Source: Aplysia californica
Lineage: Eukaryota
Assembly (NCBI RefSeq): GCF_000002075.1
Contig: NW_004797470.1
Location: forward strand, 899,491 to 963,490
Length of the DNA stretch: 64,000 bases
Direction of reading: 5' to 3'
Positions 25,281 through 38,714 of the stretch are shown here, in pieces; the first letter of the stretch is position 1; every line of letters begins with the position of its first letter. The translations under genes were made by a program, and so were the position numbers. The notes under the pieces are model-generated. The model was given only the letters and a program-made list of their open reading frames with translations. It was not told the DNA's origin and made no database searches.

Positions 25281-28200
25281 ACTGAATAACTATCGCAATT
25301 ATAATAGAGTATTTACAATACATAAACACAAGGCAACAGGAACAATAATGTCAAAACTGAACTGAGAAAAAAAGGAACAGAGAAAAATGCATGTATCACA
25401 AGATCATGGAAATAAGCATATACAAAAACAAGTAATGAGGTCAAGAAACGAGATTAATAAAGTAGCAGTAAGATGTCTTATCACTCGCCCCCCCCCCCTT
25501 CCCCACTCAAGAAAATCACACTCTTTAAATCCTCAACAGTTCTACATCAGTTGGTTACAGAACAGCCTGTGTTGTCCTTAACTCTCTCAGACGATAGTAG
25601 AAAAAGCATTCCACATTGGCTCACCCACAAACTTTTTGATCTTCTTCTCTGTTTCTTTGATGGATCTTTCCGACTAATGCAGTATCATGTTCCCAAACAT
25701 GGTCTAGTTTTCTAAATCTGAGGGTTTTTCTCGTGTTTTACGCAGCCACAGGACCTTTATTGTCTTTTGGGGGGGGGGGGGGTACTTTTAGGCCTACTAT
25801 TAAATTCTACATCGAACATAACCCATTCGTAACCCAGATAGCACCATTTTATCTTCAAGAGAACAACACTTGCCTCCTCCTCCCCCTCCCTAATCGCCCC
25901 CCCCCCTAACCCCACACATTAAGTCTACCTGACAAAAGATGTCTGAATGTGACAAATGATGAACTGTCATCTCCTCTACAAGAAAACTAACCTGAATGTC
26001 GACAGACAGACTGCCCGCCGGTTTCTTGTAGTAAAACTGGAACTGGCAAGTCTCGTATGTGGCATGTAGCAAGGGGGTGGTCAGCGTGGCCTTGCTGGCG
26101 TAGGGGCCTTGACTTCGTGACACGTACATGAAGTGACCAGAGGTCGAGTCCAGGGTGTGGTCAGCTCCCACTCGATCCTTGAGGTCGTCTGTGTCCAAGT
26201 CCCGAGCTTGCTTCCACCTAAAGGCTCCTTTGCTCACGTCGGAGAAGCCGCAGAGATCTGTTTCGAACGAGCAAGTGCCACAGTGGGCCTCGTCTGTGGC
26301 GTTGGCGCAGTCTGGGTGGTAGTCACACACCTGCACACAGAGACAGACAGAGGTGTATTTAGATTTACCGGCACACAGAGACAGACAGGGATATACTTAG
26401 AATTACTTAGACTTAGAAACTACTACGTCTTGAAACGCACCAGTTTTTCAGAGATGACCAGGAAAATCTGTCTGCAGCTATCACAAGGACACCACTCCAT
26501 TTTTTTGTCCACAAGTACTTTTGCAATAGTCCGTTTTCCTTTCATTTTTGGTCGCCCCCAGGCCTCTCTTTCCACCGAAGACAGAGAGAAGTGTACACCC
26601 ACATAGAAACTATTAAAATTTGCATTATTTAGTACAATAGCTGCTCTGACCCTACATGTCAGGGCTAACAGTGGTAACTTGCTGTACACAGTTGGCCGAT
26701 TTGGTAACTTTGGTGAGCAGTGAGAATCACCTGCATAGTCACAGGTATTATTTGATGCCCCTCTTGGAAATACATGGCATGTTGGTGGCGGGTACGAAAA
26801 TGCTAGCATCTGATAGATAACAAAATTGGACGCTGTGGCAATAGGAGGGTTGACAAGCACTAATTTACAATATTTAAAGGATGATAGCTGTTTTGAGACT
26901 GCCTGTCAAGGCTAACAGTAGTCACAAGCTGTACAAGGAGAGAACGCTTTTGTAATTCTTCAATCATGTTTAACATCCCCTTTGATACACTTCAAATCAC
27001 TCTAGGACTTTTGAATCTCCATAAAGGCCATAAACATCTTGCCCTCGTTGGAGAAATAGACAGCAAAAGAGACAGAGGTACACAAAGAACAGTTTCTTGT
27101 AAGATATTATAGTTAGAAAATCATACCTTCTTGTAACATATTTCAGTTCCCATTCGTTTCAGTTCCCTTTAAGACCTTGAAGGATATTTTAGTTCCCATT
27201 CATACCTTCTCGTAAGATATTTTAGTTCCCAATTATATACCTTCTTTTAAGGTATTTTAGTTCCTATATAATTAGATCTTCCTGTAAGATGTTTTAGTTC
27301 CCATTCATACCTTATAAGATGATTTAATTCCCATGCATACCTTGTAAGATTTTTTAGTTTCCAAACTTACTACGTAAGTATTTTAGATTCCAATCGTTTC
27401 TTGTAAAATATTTTAGTTCCTTATCATACCTTCTTGTAGGATGTTTTAGTTTCCAATCGTACCTTAAAGTGGAATATTTCAGTTCCATTTAACCATTCTT
27501 GTTGGACACTTAAGTGTCCATTCCTACCTTGCTGTGAGATATTGTACTTCCATCTCCACAAGTGAAACTATCCGGTGGCTTTACGCAGCGTCCAGAAGTG
27601 AGTTGTATGTCATCAATAGCCATATCGCTGACGGACGGGTCGCCAACTACTCCCTCAAACATCAGGCTGTACGGACTTGTGGAAGAAATATCAACCTGCC
27701 CGAGACAAAAATACGAGGTAAAAAAAATATCAAGTCACAAGCATAAAAATACATAAACATAGGGATATATCTTCAAATTCATAATAAAAATAATGCCTAA
27801 TAATATTAATAATAATGATAATAATAACAATAATTTTTTACAAATAATAATNNNNNNNNNNNNNNNNNNNNNNNNNNNNNNNNNNNNNNNNNNNNNNNNN
27901 NNNNNNNNNNNNNNNNNNNNNNNNNNNNNNNNNNNNNNNNNNNNNNNNNNNNNNNNNNNNNNNNNNNNNNNNNNNNNNNNNNNNNNNNNNNNNNNNNNNN
28001 NNNNNNNNNNNNNNNAGCCCATATCCACGATCTATGGCATGCTCTATAAACTTTACATACAACTATCATTACCCAAATAGACACTACAACACGACTCAAA
28101 AACATTTTCTGCTTCCCGGGAAGTGTACAACTCAGGTAGCAAATAACAAGCGCTCAATCACTAACAAATTGAAAAGTAAATTAAATTCTAATACAGAAAA

Positions 28201-31200
28201 TAGATTAGAAAAAAACAGAACAGAAGGAAAAATACTTAGCTTGAAAACACTCGAATAAAAAGACATCTTTTAATGTACTGATGTTATTTGTACTAAAAGA
28301 GCATATTACCTGTTCATGAACCCAGTTCACGCCTTGGGGTCCGGTCATTGTCCAGAGTGAGGAGTAATGTCCACTTCCTGCAATGTCGTTGTCCCAGTAA
28401 ACAGACATTGTTCCTGCGTCATTACCTTGGTACATCTTCACATAGAAGCTCAGACAGGAGGCGCGGGTGGCCTTCAGTACCTCCGAGTACAAACGAGCTT
28501 TCTCCCCTCGCTTTCTGTACTTTGTGTCGATGAGCATGTAGTGGCCTGGGAAAGTCACAACAAAACAGATAGGTAAAACAAGGGGCGTAGTTAGCTCAGT
28601 TGGTAGTTTGCTGGACTGAGGGACTTCGAGCTAATATTATTGTGTCTTATAATTGTAGTAGTCTAACAATACGACAATATACAAAAACTTATGATTTGAT
28701 CTTCACAATCCATCTAGCACTGTGTTAATGTCCAGGGACTTAAATTCTCCTTCTGAGCGACCCCCTTACATAAAGGACAGGCCTGTACACAGCAGCTCAC
28801 CTAAGCTGGTCCGCAGCGTGTGGTCAGATGTAGGTCCACTCTGTGCATAAGAACTGCCTTGTCTGATCTCCCAGTCAAAGTCATCTCCCGGTACACTGTT
28901 GTAATAGAGACAGGGTCCGTTCTCAAAGTCGCAAGTGGCAGGAGGGGGGCAGGCCCCGAGGACAACTGATACATCATCAATGGCGATGTCGCTGGTCACT
29001 GAGCCACCAAGCACTCCTTCAAACACAACCTGAATAGCAAAAAAAAGCACAGGGCATTCAGTGGAAGCAGAGAAATAAACAACACAGCAATATTTAACCA
29101 TACACATTAAAAGCAAGCAAAGCAATTAATAGCCCATCAATATTTAAAACAAGTGGAGCAATTAATAACTAACACCGCAATATTTAAAACATGCGTAGCA
29201 ATAAATAACACAACAATATTTAAAGCATGAAGAGCAATAAATAACATAGAGATATTTAAAGCAAGCAGAGCAACTACGAGTACCAACACAGCAATATTAA
29301 TGATAGCACAATTATAGACAGAACAGCAATACAGTGGAATTTGGTTTCAATGAACTCGTATTAAACAAAGAGAGTTGGGATTCCTTGATTTTTTTATTCA
29401 TAAAATTAAATAAAAATAACCCGGATTCAACGAATACATAAATGAGCAAGCTTAAATTCAATGAAGTTGCTTGCAGGGTGAACTGCTCTATACGAATAAT
29501 CACCGGTCTCCTTCCATACCAACACAGGCGTCATAATCACGCACCCATGTCTTAGCGTGTGTCGGGGTCTGACGGGCGGCCAGCTAACAAGTGACTATGT
29601 GTGCATGTGTCTTGGGGGATGGGGGAGGGGGAGGGAGTACAAACGGTCTGGGCGTGGAACGTCAGTAGAGAAACAAAGACGACGCATTCATTTTTTTCCT
29701 TGGCTACTGATATATATTGCAATGATAAGCGAGTCTTAACATAGATCTACATAATGAATTGCCCGTTGAACTGGAATCAAATGTTGCCGTATGCTAGGCT
29801 CTACCCAGCAACAGAACTCGTTTGGCAAACAATACGTTATAGAAGATAGATGACTCAGGCATGTATTTGAACAAATGGGATCTTTTGTACAGTGTGTGCT
29901 TGGTAGAGTTCAGTGTATTTTCCTGAAATTTTCCAGCAATTCTGTGGTATCAAAGAAATGAAAGTTCCTCTCATTTGAAACCAAACTGCTTTTGACTGAG
30001 AAAGTCGAATATATTATACATTACTTGCTCGGTGCTGTAATTTTCTACACAAAAACCTCATAACGAAATCGAAGGCCAGGCCCAACGATTTCGTTGAATC
30101 CGAGTTCCACTGTATTTAACAATGCGTAGCGATAGACAATACAGAGATATTTAAGACAATCAGACCAAAAAAACAGTGGAGTGATATTAAATGCTTGTCA
30201 TCACACACAAGAGATGCGAGTTCAACTTGCATGTGGGTAAAATTTTCATCAAGTATGTTGGTCTATCTGTTGGGATGTTGAATCCCTCTTAGTCTGGGTT
30301 ATTGGCCTTTACAGACAGGACAGAAGCCCATCTTTTAAATGATCTAAATTGTGTTGATGGGGGCATAAAAATGCTTAAAACTAAAGTAAAGTTGTTCCCC
30401 CATCCGACCCGGACATTGGGGATTGCCTTGTTAGTGAGACAACATCCTGAGCCTTCGGCATATTGTGTTAGGGTGGCCAGTTCCTTTCCACACTACCTTT
30501 ACTTTCCCAACTCGAAGTCAGGTGCTCATTACTGCTGGGTGGAAAGGAGAGGGGGAAAAAATCTGTGTCCAAACGAAGGCTCGAACCCGGACTTTCACTT
30601 CGGAGACGAGCAAGTTAACCGCTCCGCCACCGCACCCTCAAAAAATGCTTACACTGAAAAAAAAAAATCTTTTTATACTAAACAGTGTATGTCACCTGGT
30701 AATCAGCAGCACTATTGATGGTGACAGCGGCCGGCTGCCATTGGTTACCCTGATTCCCCTTGGCCGACCAGATCGGAGAGTAGAGGCGACCGCGACGTTT
30801 CAGATAGACATTCAGTGTGCCCATATTGAGGCCGTACATGTGGTAGAAGAACTTGAGACATTTCCCGGTGGTGGCTTTCTGTGGTGGGCCCACCAGGCGT
30901 GCAGTGTCACCGCTTTTGGCAGGGGCAGATGACTCTGTGTACATGTAGGAGCCTGTAGGAAGAAATGGCAGAAGGTTACTTGGATACAAGTGCAAGCCAT
31001 AAGAAGAAAAAGAAATCATAAGTTTTACCTTCTTACACATTCTTTGATTGATTTCAAACCTACTGATGACGTCACTCCTTAGGAGAATATCAAGGAAGTC
31101 AAGATCAGAAGAGAGGGAAGTAGTACTTGGGCAGTTTGTGTCCTCTATGTTTACTGCCCAAGCAAAGTTGTATCACGCTTACTGTTTTATGATAGTCTGT

Positions 31201-34200
31201 CGAAATGGATAGGGCCATCATCAGTAAGTCACGAGTTACAATTATTCTTATTTGGGTTCTAGTGCAGGCCATTACAAGTGATAATAATAGTCACCCCTTG
31301 AGCAACACAACATGGAACATGAAAGATTTCAAGAAGATTCTATTGATCTTAAAGGCCTTCCCGTTCATCCACACAATATAATAAAAGACTCAACAAATAA
31401 GTAAATTGGAGCAGCACTTCAGATGCACAAACTTTAATAAAAGAACAAGAAAGAAAAGAATAGTCTCTGTAGATGCTTGACATCTCCATCGACACTATTT
31501 AGATCCTCTAGGAGACCTACTGCTTCGACCAAAACAGTCAGGGCCAACCTGAGCTGAGAGGGATATAACGTACTACCAGAAAGACGAAGATACTCAATAC
31601 AAATCCTCTGAATGCAACACCAATAAAGTGCCTAACCACTACACCACATATGCAGAGTATTTAAACTACAACAGAATCCGCCCTAAAGATCACCTGTCCA
31701 AGACAATCACTCGTACAAATGGCCACTTATCATTTTGATTTTTTTTTTATGACCACTTCTTATTTCCCTCTTGAATTTTAAAAATATTATAATGGCATTG
31801 CCCGAGATGTCTACCTGTCTAAAACAATCACTTTACTCTTACACAAAGGGAGGTCTTTTCGGACAATTTTTGGGGGGAAAAAGGAGAGAAAAGCTGACCT
31901 GTGGAAGTGCCGTAGGTGTGGTCACTGGATGGTCCGGTGCTCCCCGATGGTGTGCGTCCACTGGTTTGTGTCCAGTTGAGTGTGGCCAGATTGTCCTGGC
32001 TAAAGCCACAGATGCTCACGTCTTCAAAGTCACATACACCTGGTGGAAAAAAGAAGATACAATAGCAACTAGACATCAAACTTTTCATCCACTCAGTTTT
32101 TAAGTAAAATGCAGTCACTCAAATTATAAATCAATGGTGTTATGCTTTAACCGCCTCGTAAATTGCTTGGAAAAATCATTGAACACATGCCCTCCAAAAA
32201 AAGGGGGGAAACCCCGTCTTTTTCTTCAAGTGAAGAGAAAGCAAAAAAGTTTGCCAAGTACTTTTATACTATTTATAGTGCATGCAGATTTCTGCCCACA
32301 CAGGAATTGAACTCAAGTCTCCCGCATGCAATAGCAACTGCAAGCTCATGCTCAGTAATTAACCGAAGACCCATAGATAAACCTCTGTAAAGTTTACAAA
32401 AGAAAAAGAGAGTTATTTGGTGTCAGCACTTATCTTTGTCACTGCTTTCACAATATTGATATGGTAAAGCTCAAAGAAAGACTGGAGTGAACAATCAACT
32501 TGGATTTTTTATTGCTATGGACTTATTAACAATCATTTAGTGATGAGAGAAAGCAAAAAAAGCAATCAGAATTTTCAAACAACAGAGGGAGAGAAAAGAA
32601 GTAGGGTGTACTAGTGGCAGACAACCAATGTCAGAGCTGGCGAGCCTTTTCTAAAATTAATACATCTCTATCACCTCAAAGTTATGCACAATTTGGCCGC
32701 AGGATTACCTCCATATTCCAAACAAGTTCCCGGATGTGTGGAGATATCATCAATGGCTGTATCCCCCAGGTAGCTTCTTAGCATCACAGCTTCAAAAACC
32801 ATCTGCAATTTAAAAAACAAAAATTTAATTAAACTTACATAATTTATATAAAACAACAAATGTCTACGTTCGAAATGTACTCAGTCAAGAGAATACATGT
32901 GAGGCATCATGGTGAAATCAGGCGCTCGTCAAAATAGTGAAATTGGAGAAATCAGCATTTTCCCGTCGTTTCGGCTATTTTTACACATGTATATGGCTTT
33001 TGGTTCATTGAAGTCCTGTTACAAACACATTTCTAAATAGATTTTACTGAATATCTATGATTAAAGGCACAAAAAGTATATATTTTCACTTTCCCATTTC
33101 TCTCAAGCTATGGAAATCATCAAACTTTGGCAGCCATTTTCTCGCTGAATTTACCTATGAAACCAGGTAACCCCCACCTCCTTCAATTGTTCAAGATAGC
33201 TTAGTAGCTTTTTTTTCATTGAAACCAAGACAAATGAACAAGCTTTACGTTGATACCTAAAACTTTAAATGCCCCAAGACTGACGAGCGCCCGATTCCAC
33301 CTTGTCGTGACAAATATTTCTTTTAAAAACGTAAAGAACACAAACGCAAAATTGTCATTTTCCAGATGCATACACCACGCACACCACTGGAATAAGCTGT
33401 GTGTGAGACACGCAAAGAAGTATTTTACTTTTACCCGAGAACCAGTCATATGATGGGTGTCATCAGTACGCCTACCTGCATTGTGGAGGTTGGCTGTACC
33501 AGAGAACTCGGTGTGATGTGGACGCTGGCCATCTTCCAGAAACGACCTTGATCGCCTGACCGCTGCCACAGGATAGGGCCAAGAGCGCCTGGAGACACAG
33601 AAAGGAGACAGTGACCATCAGCATATCTATGGTATTCAGGTCTAACAATGTATCTGGTTTCTTTGAAATGTTTTTTAAGGCAAAACACAAAGCCTTACGA
33701 AGGATGTTTCGTTGTTCTGTCTGTGCGGTGGGTTGGGTGGCAAAATGAGATATTTCTCAGATGTTAGCGCTGTAGTAACAGATACATAAAATTTATAGGT
33801 AGAGTTTGAACAATGTATAAGTATGGAAAAATAAAAAACATGTTAAACTTGGGGGGGAAAAGGTATCAATTGAAAACTTACAAATTTGACCCCAGTGTCG
33901 TTGACTTTCAGCCAATATTGCCAATCGTGAATTGCAAAAAGTAACTCATTTTGTCAGCCCAGCTAACACATCTATGGTGTTTAGTTCTCACCGTGTAACT
34001 GGTTTCTTTGAAAACACAAAGCCTTATCAATGGTTCTATATTCTATATTCTAATCCTATACCTGGTTTCTTGAAAATCTTTTGGAGACTAAAAAATATCA
34101 TTATTGATAGATTTAAGCTCAAGCTCTAATAAATAATAATACGTGGAGTGTACTGACGAAATGAGTTGCTTCTCGGATTCAAGCTCTTTGGAAATAGATA

Positions 34201-35711
34201 CATCATGCTTATAGGGGAAGTTTTTACAATTTATAAGTATGAAATAATAAAAGACATGTTAGACCTAAAGAATATGGCATCATTGGAAAATCTAAAAATT
34301 TGACGCTAGTTAATTTTTGGCCAATATCTCCTATTGTGGATTGCGAGAAATAACTCATTATGTCGGCACACCTCACGCGTTTAATTCAAAAATGAAACTT
34401 TATTGATCCCGAAGGGAAATTTGGTTAACAAAGGCAAACATACATAAATAAATATATAATCAAAAACACTTAATATAAAGAATATCAAATACACAATATC
34501 ATACCAATACAGAACAACTTCATGAACATGCCATATTGCCGGTTGACACTGCGCAGTGACCTTTATCATGTCTTGTTCAAGGACACACACCAATGACCAC
34601 CCGTCTAAACCCTGTGCCAATGATACTTGCTTTACATTACGTTTGAGTCTGAACTCACTATTCCCTAGGCCACTGGAGCCCCCAGCCACTGGTTTCTAGA
34701 AAAATATTTGGAGGCCAAAGACCCCCAACGCAATAGACGGTTTTATGTTCTAAAATTTTAATTTTGATTAGATTTAAATGGAGCAAAAAGACGGAAAAGT
34801 ACTCCTACACTAGTTATAGTGTGACCTGTAGCCTAATTATTTTTTTTTTGCAATGAGGATTCAGAAATTGATTTCAGCTATGGTTTTACAATAAATTTCT
34901 TGCCGTTACTTTTTTCTGACATTTATGCTCTTCTGACAAAAAACAGCTCATTTTGGGAAAAAAGAAAAGTAATGAGAAGGTTTGCATTACAAAGCACCTA
35001 TTTTAAACTGGTATACAAAGGCCTTGCTTCACAAACGAAGATACAACCACGAAAACCACACAAAAACTCATCACTGACAAGCCAATGTGGGATAGACAGG
35101 TCAGCAACACAAATGAATTAATAAGGCTGATATTCAGGGATGGACACATAGAAAACTCACCATTCTGCTGCGCATAGACATTCAGAGAGCCAATGGTGCT
35201 TCCGTACATAAGGTACCAGAATATGAGACATATGCCATCTTTGTTGAGCTGCACATCCTTACTGAACAGGCGTGCTGTGTCGTTGGCTGATGTGGGGGAG
35301 CTCTCCGTATACAAGTAGTAGCCTGGATAGCAAGAGAGTGAAAGAAAGTCACGACAATGTACAGTTATCTCAAGTACTGTTTAGCAAGGTGAAATAACGA
35401 AAGGTGAAATAACGTAAAGTGAAATAGCTTAGTGAGTTTCCATCCCTTACTCTTCATGCTTCCTTCAATCTGCCCTCTTCTCTCTGTCTACCTCTGTCTC
35501 TCTCTCTGTCTCTCTCATGGTCTCCCCCAGTCGAGTCNNNNNNNNNNNNNNNNNNNNNNNNNNNNNNNNNNNNNNNNNNNNNNNNNNNNNNNNNNNNNNN
35601 NNNNNNNNNNNNNNNNNNNNNNNNNNNNNNNNNNNNNNNNNNNNNNNNNNNNNNNNNNNNNNNNNNNNNNNNNNNNNNNNNNNNNNNNNAGAGAGAAAGA
35701 GCCACATACAC

Positions 35712-35742
<31 letters not shown>

Positions 35743-38638
35743 AATTATATATCTTCACCTCCACCCTCCTTCTGTCTCTCTATCTCTTTCTCATGGCACC
35801 AGAGCTGAAACTTTCAACACCAAAACAAGCAACACCTCTCGTACTCACCTTTTCCAGTGGTGTGGTCAAAGCTGGGTCCAGTGTAGGATGAGTCTGTAGC
35901 TCCTTTGTGGATGGTCCAGTCGAACTGGTCAGAGGTGTCCTCACTCCAGGAACACCGCGTGTTGCTGTCAAAGTTACAGTCATACTGGGAGGGTGCTGCA
36001 GCGAGAGAGAAACATTTAAAAAGGGAAAGTCATAAACAGTATTAACAAAACTTAACTGCCAACGTCTTTACAATAGGTGGAGGTGGGGTACATGAGGAAA
36101 GGGGGAGAGACCAGGATGGGATGGGGGGGGGGATTGACGGTGGAAAGGGGGATGACAGGGGTGGAGGAAAGGGAATAGAGGGGGTGGAGGGGGAGAGTGG
36201 GGGTGAACGGTGGGGCGGCTTCCAATGAGCCAAAATATTGCAATTATAATTCACCTGTCAATGTCTCACAGTGACCAATGAACTTGCATCAGAAAATATT
36301 TTTTTAAGGTAAAATAGGAGAATGAATACGGGATAAGATGACTTGTGGCTTCCTCTATGGCCCATTGGACCAATTCTGGCAGAGAGTAGCTTGACACGCT
36401 TTGAGTATTTTAAAATTTCATTTTCATTCAAACATGTGAGCTTCTCTCTTGAATTCAGCATTTTTAATTCCAAATTATATACACATGGGATTAAAACTTA
36501 TTAATTCCAAACTAGCACTTAACCTTCTCCCTTTCACAAACAAATCATATTACATTTATTTTTAAAAGCGCTACGTAAAATCCGCGATGTATAAAAACAG
36601 CCAATGCAGTACATTGAAGATCCTCCAAATACAGTCAAAACTATCTCAGAAGGCCACCCAATGTCCAGAAGAAAAGTGTGCGTCATAGGCAGGTGGAGGT
36701 CTTACACGTGTCAGTATGATAACAGGTGTCACGGCGCGGTGGAATCAGGCGCTCGTCAATTTGCGGACATGTATAGTTATGGGTATCATTTTAAAGCTAG
36801 TTCATTTGTCTTGCTATTGTTTATAAAAAGTAGGGCCTTCTCATCTATCATGAATAGAAGTCGAAGTATTTGCGATTGAAGGTGGGGGGGGGGGTGCCTG
36901 GTTTCAGAGGTAAAATTAGCGAGAAAACGGCCGCCAAAATTTGACGACTACCAAAGTTTGAGAGTCCTTAGAAACCGCAAATTTACATTTTTGTGTCTTA
37001 CATCAATATTTTTCATCAAAATCCACAAAGAAATTTGTTTTTTAATGGGTCTTAAAGACGCTGAGTTAAAAGACAAAAATTGGATTAAAATTGCCACATG
37101 GACTGAAAAATGCCATTTTCTTCAATTTAATTGTTTTGACGAGTGCCTGATTTCACTATGATGCCTCATGTATTTATATTTTCAAAAATACACAAGGGAA
37201 AAAATGGGAAGTAACCATTAGTACAGGTGATTGTCTTCAACAGGTGGTTGTTGGAGCAAGTTCAACTGTATAATTCTCAAAACATGTATTCCTTAATGCA
37301 TTGACAAGTCTGTGAGGTGTGTGAAAGCCCATGCCATATTATATTATATATTTTGTTTACGATATTATGACTGCACTGATGTTTAAAAAGAATCAAACTA
37401 ATAAAAACACATGACATTTCATCCACTGCCACAACACATAGTATCCTGTACTCACGATAAGTTGGCCTAGTAGCGACGGTGATGTCAGTGGGTGGGGGTG
37501 CCGTGGTGTTCATGCAGTCTCCATCGTAGATGATGACATCATCAATAGCAACGTCGCCCTGCCCGCCAGCTTTGCCAATTTCTCCATCAAACACGATCTG
37601 AGGATGAACAAAGAAGGATCAAAAGTAGAACATGAAAAAAAAAAGAGAAACAAGTAAGAGAAGTATTATGTTGCAAAGAAAAATAGTGTAAAGAAAACAA
37701 AGAAGAGTTGAAGTTGTATAAGACAGTCATCCATTAATGAGGAGAAATGTGTTTGTATTATGCAAATGGATGTCTTAGACAGTATCATATACATCAATAA
37801 GGCAGCGTGGTGAAATCAGGCTTTCGTCAAAATAATAAAATTGAAAAAAATTGGCATTTTTCTGCCGGTTTGGTAATTTTTATCAAATATGTGATTTATG
37901 GCTCAAAACCTTTTATGTCCATTTAAGAACCTATTTATGCGTGGGTTTTACTGAATTACGTTGATTAAAGGCACAAAAAATGTAAGTTTTCAGTTTCCAC
38001 GAACGCTCGGGCTATGTAAATAACCAAATTCTGGCGCCATTATCTCGCTAATTTTACCTCTAAAACCAAGTGTCCCCCACCTCCTTCAATTGCAAATATC
38101 TCGCCTTGTATTCAAGATAAATGGGTATTTCATTCATCGAAAGCAAGGCAAATTATGTACAACCTTTAAGGCGATACCAATAACCCCACTTGCCCAAAAA
38201 TTGACGACCGCCTGATTCCACCAAGACGTGAAAGATCTTATTTTTTTAGAATACAATGGGGAATTGGGAAGTGGTCATTTGTGCAAGTGGCAGTCTGGGA
38301 CAGGAGGCCGTTGGAACAAATCTTACAATATTTATTGAAGTGGTAGGAGCATATTAAAGTGAGTCTCCATTCCCTCTCCTACCTCCCCCTCTCCCCCCCC
38401 CCCCCTCTTTCTTCCATCCTTCAACAATTATGTTCAGAGAAAGTATTTTCATCAAAGCTTATTTAGTGAAACTATTTATGATCAAACCTATCAAAAAAAA
38501 CATCCATTGTCAATGGGGAAAAAATTGTCTTCTTCAACAGGTGGTTCTCTTGGACAGTGTCATTATAATTTAGAAAACCGCAAGGGGGAAGGTTGGGAGG
38601 GAGGGAATGGGAAGTGGTTATTTGTACATGGGATTGTA

Positions 38639-38714
<76 letters not shown>

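Noticed and set aside
28582-28632. tRNA-like sequence (ggggcgtagttagctcagttggtag)
   Set aside because: Only an A-box-like 5' half with no complete cloverleaf; best read as a SINE head, like the other tRNA-like pieces.
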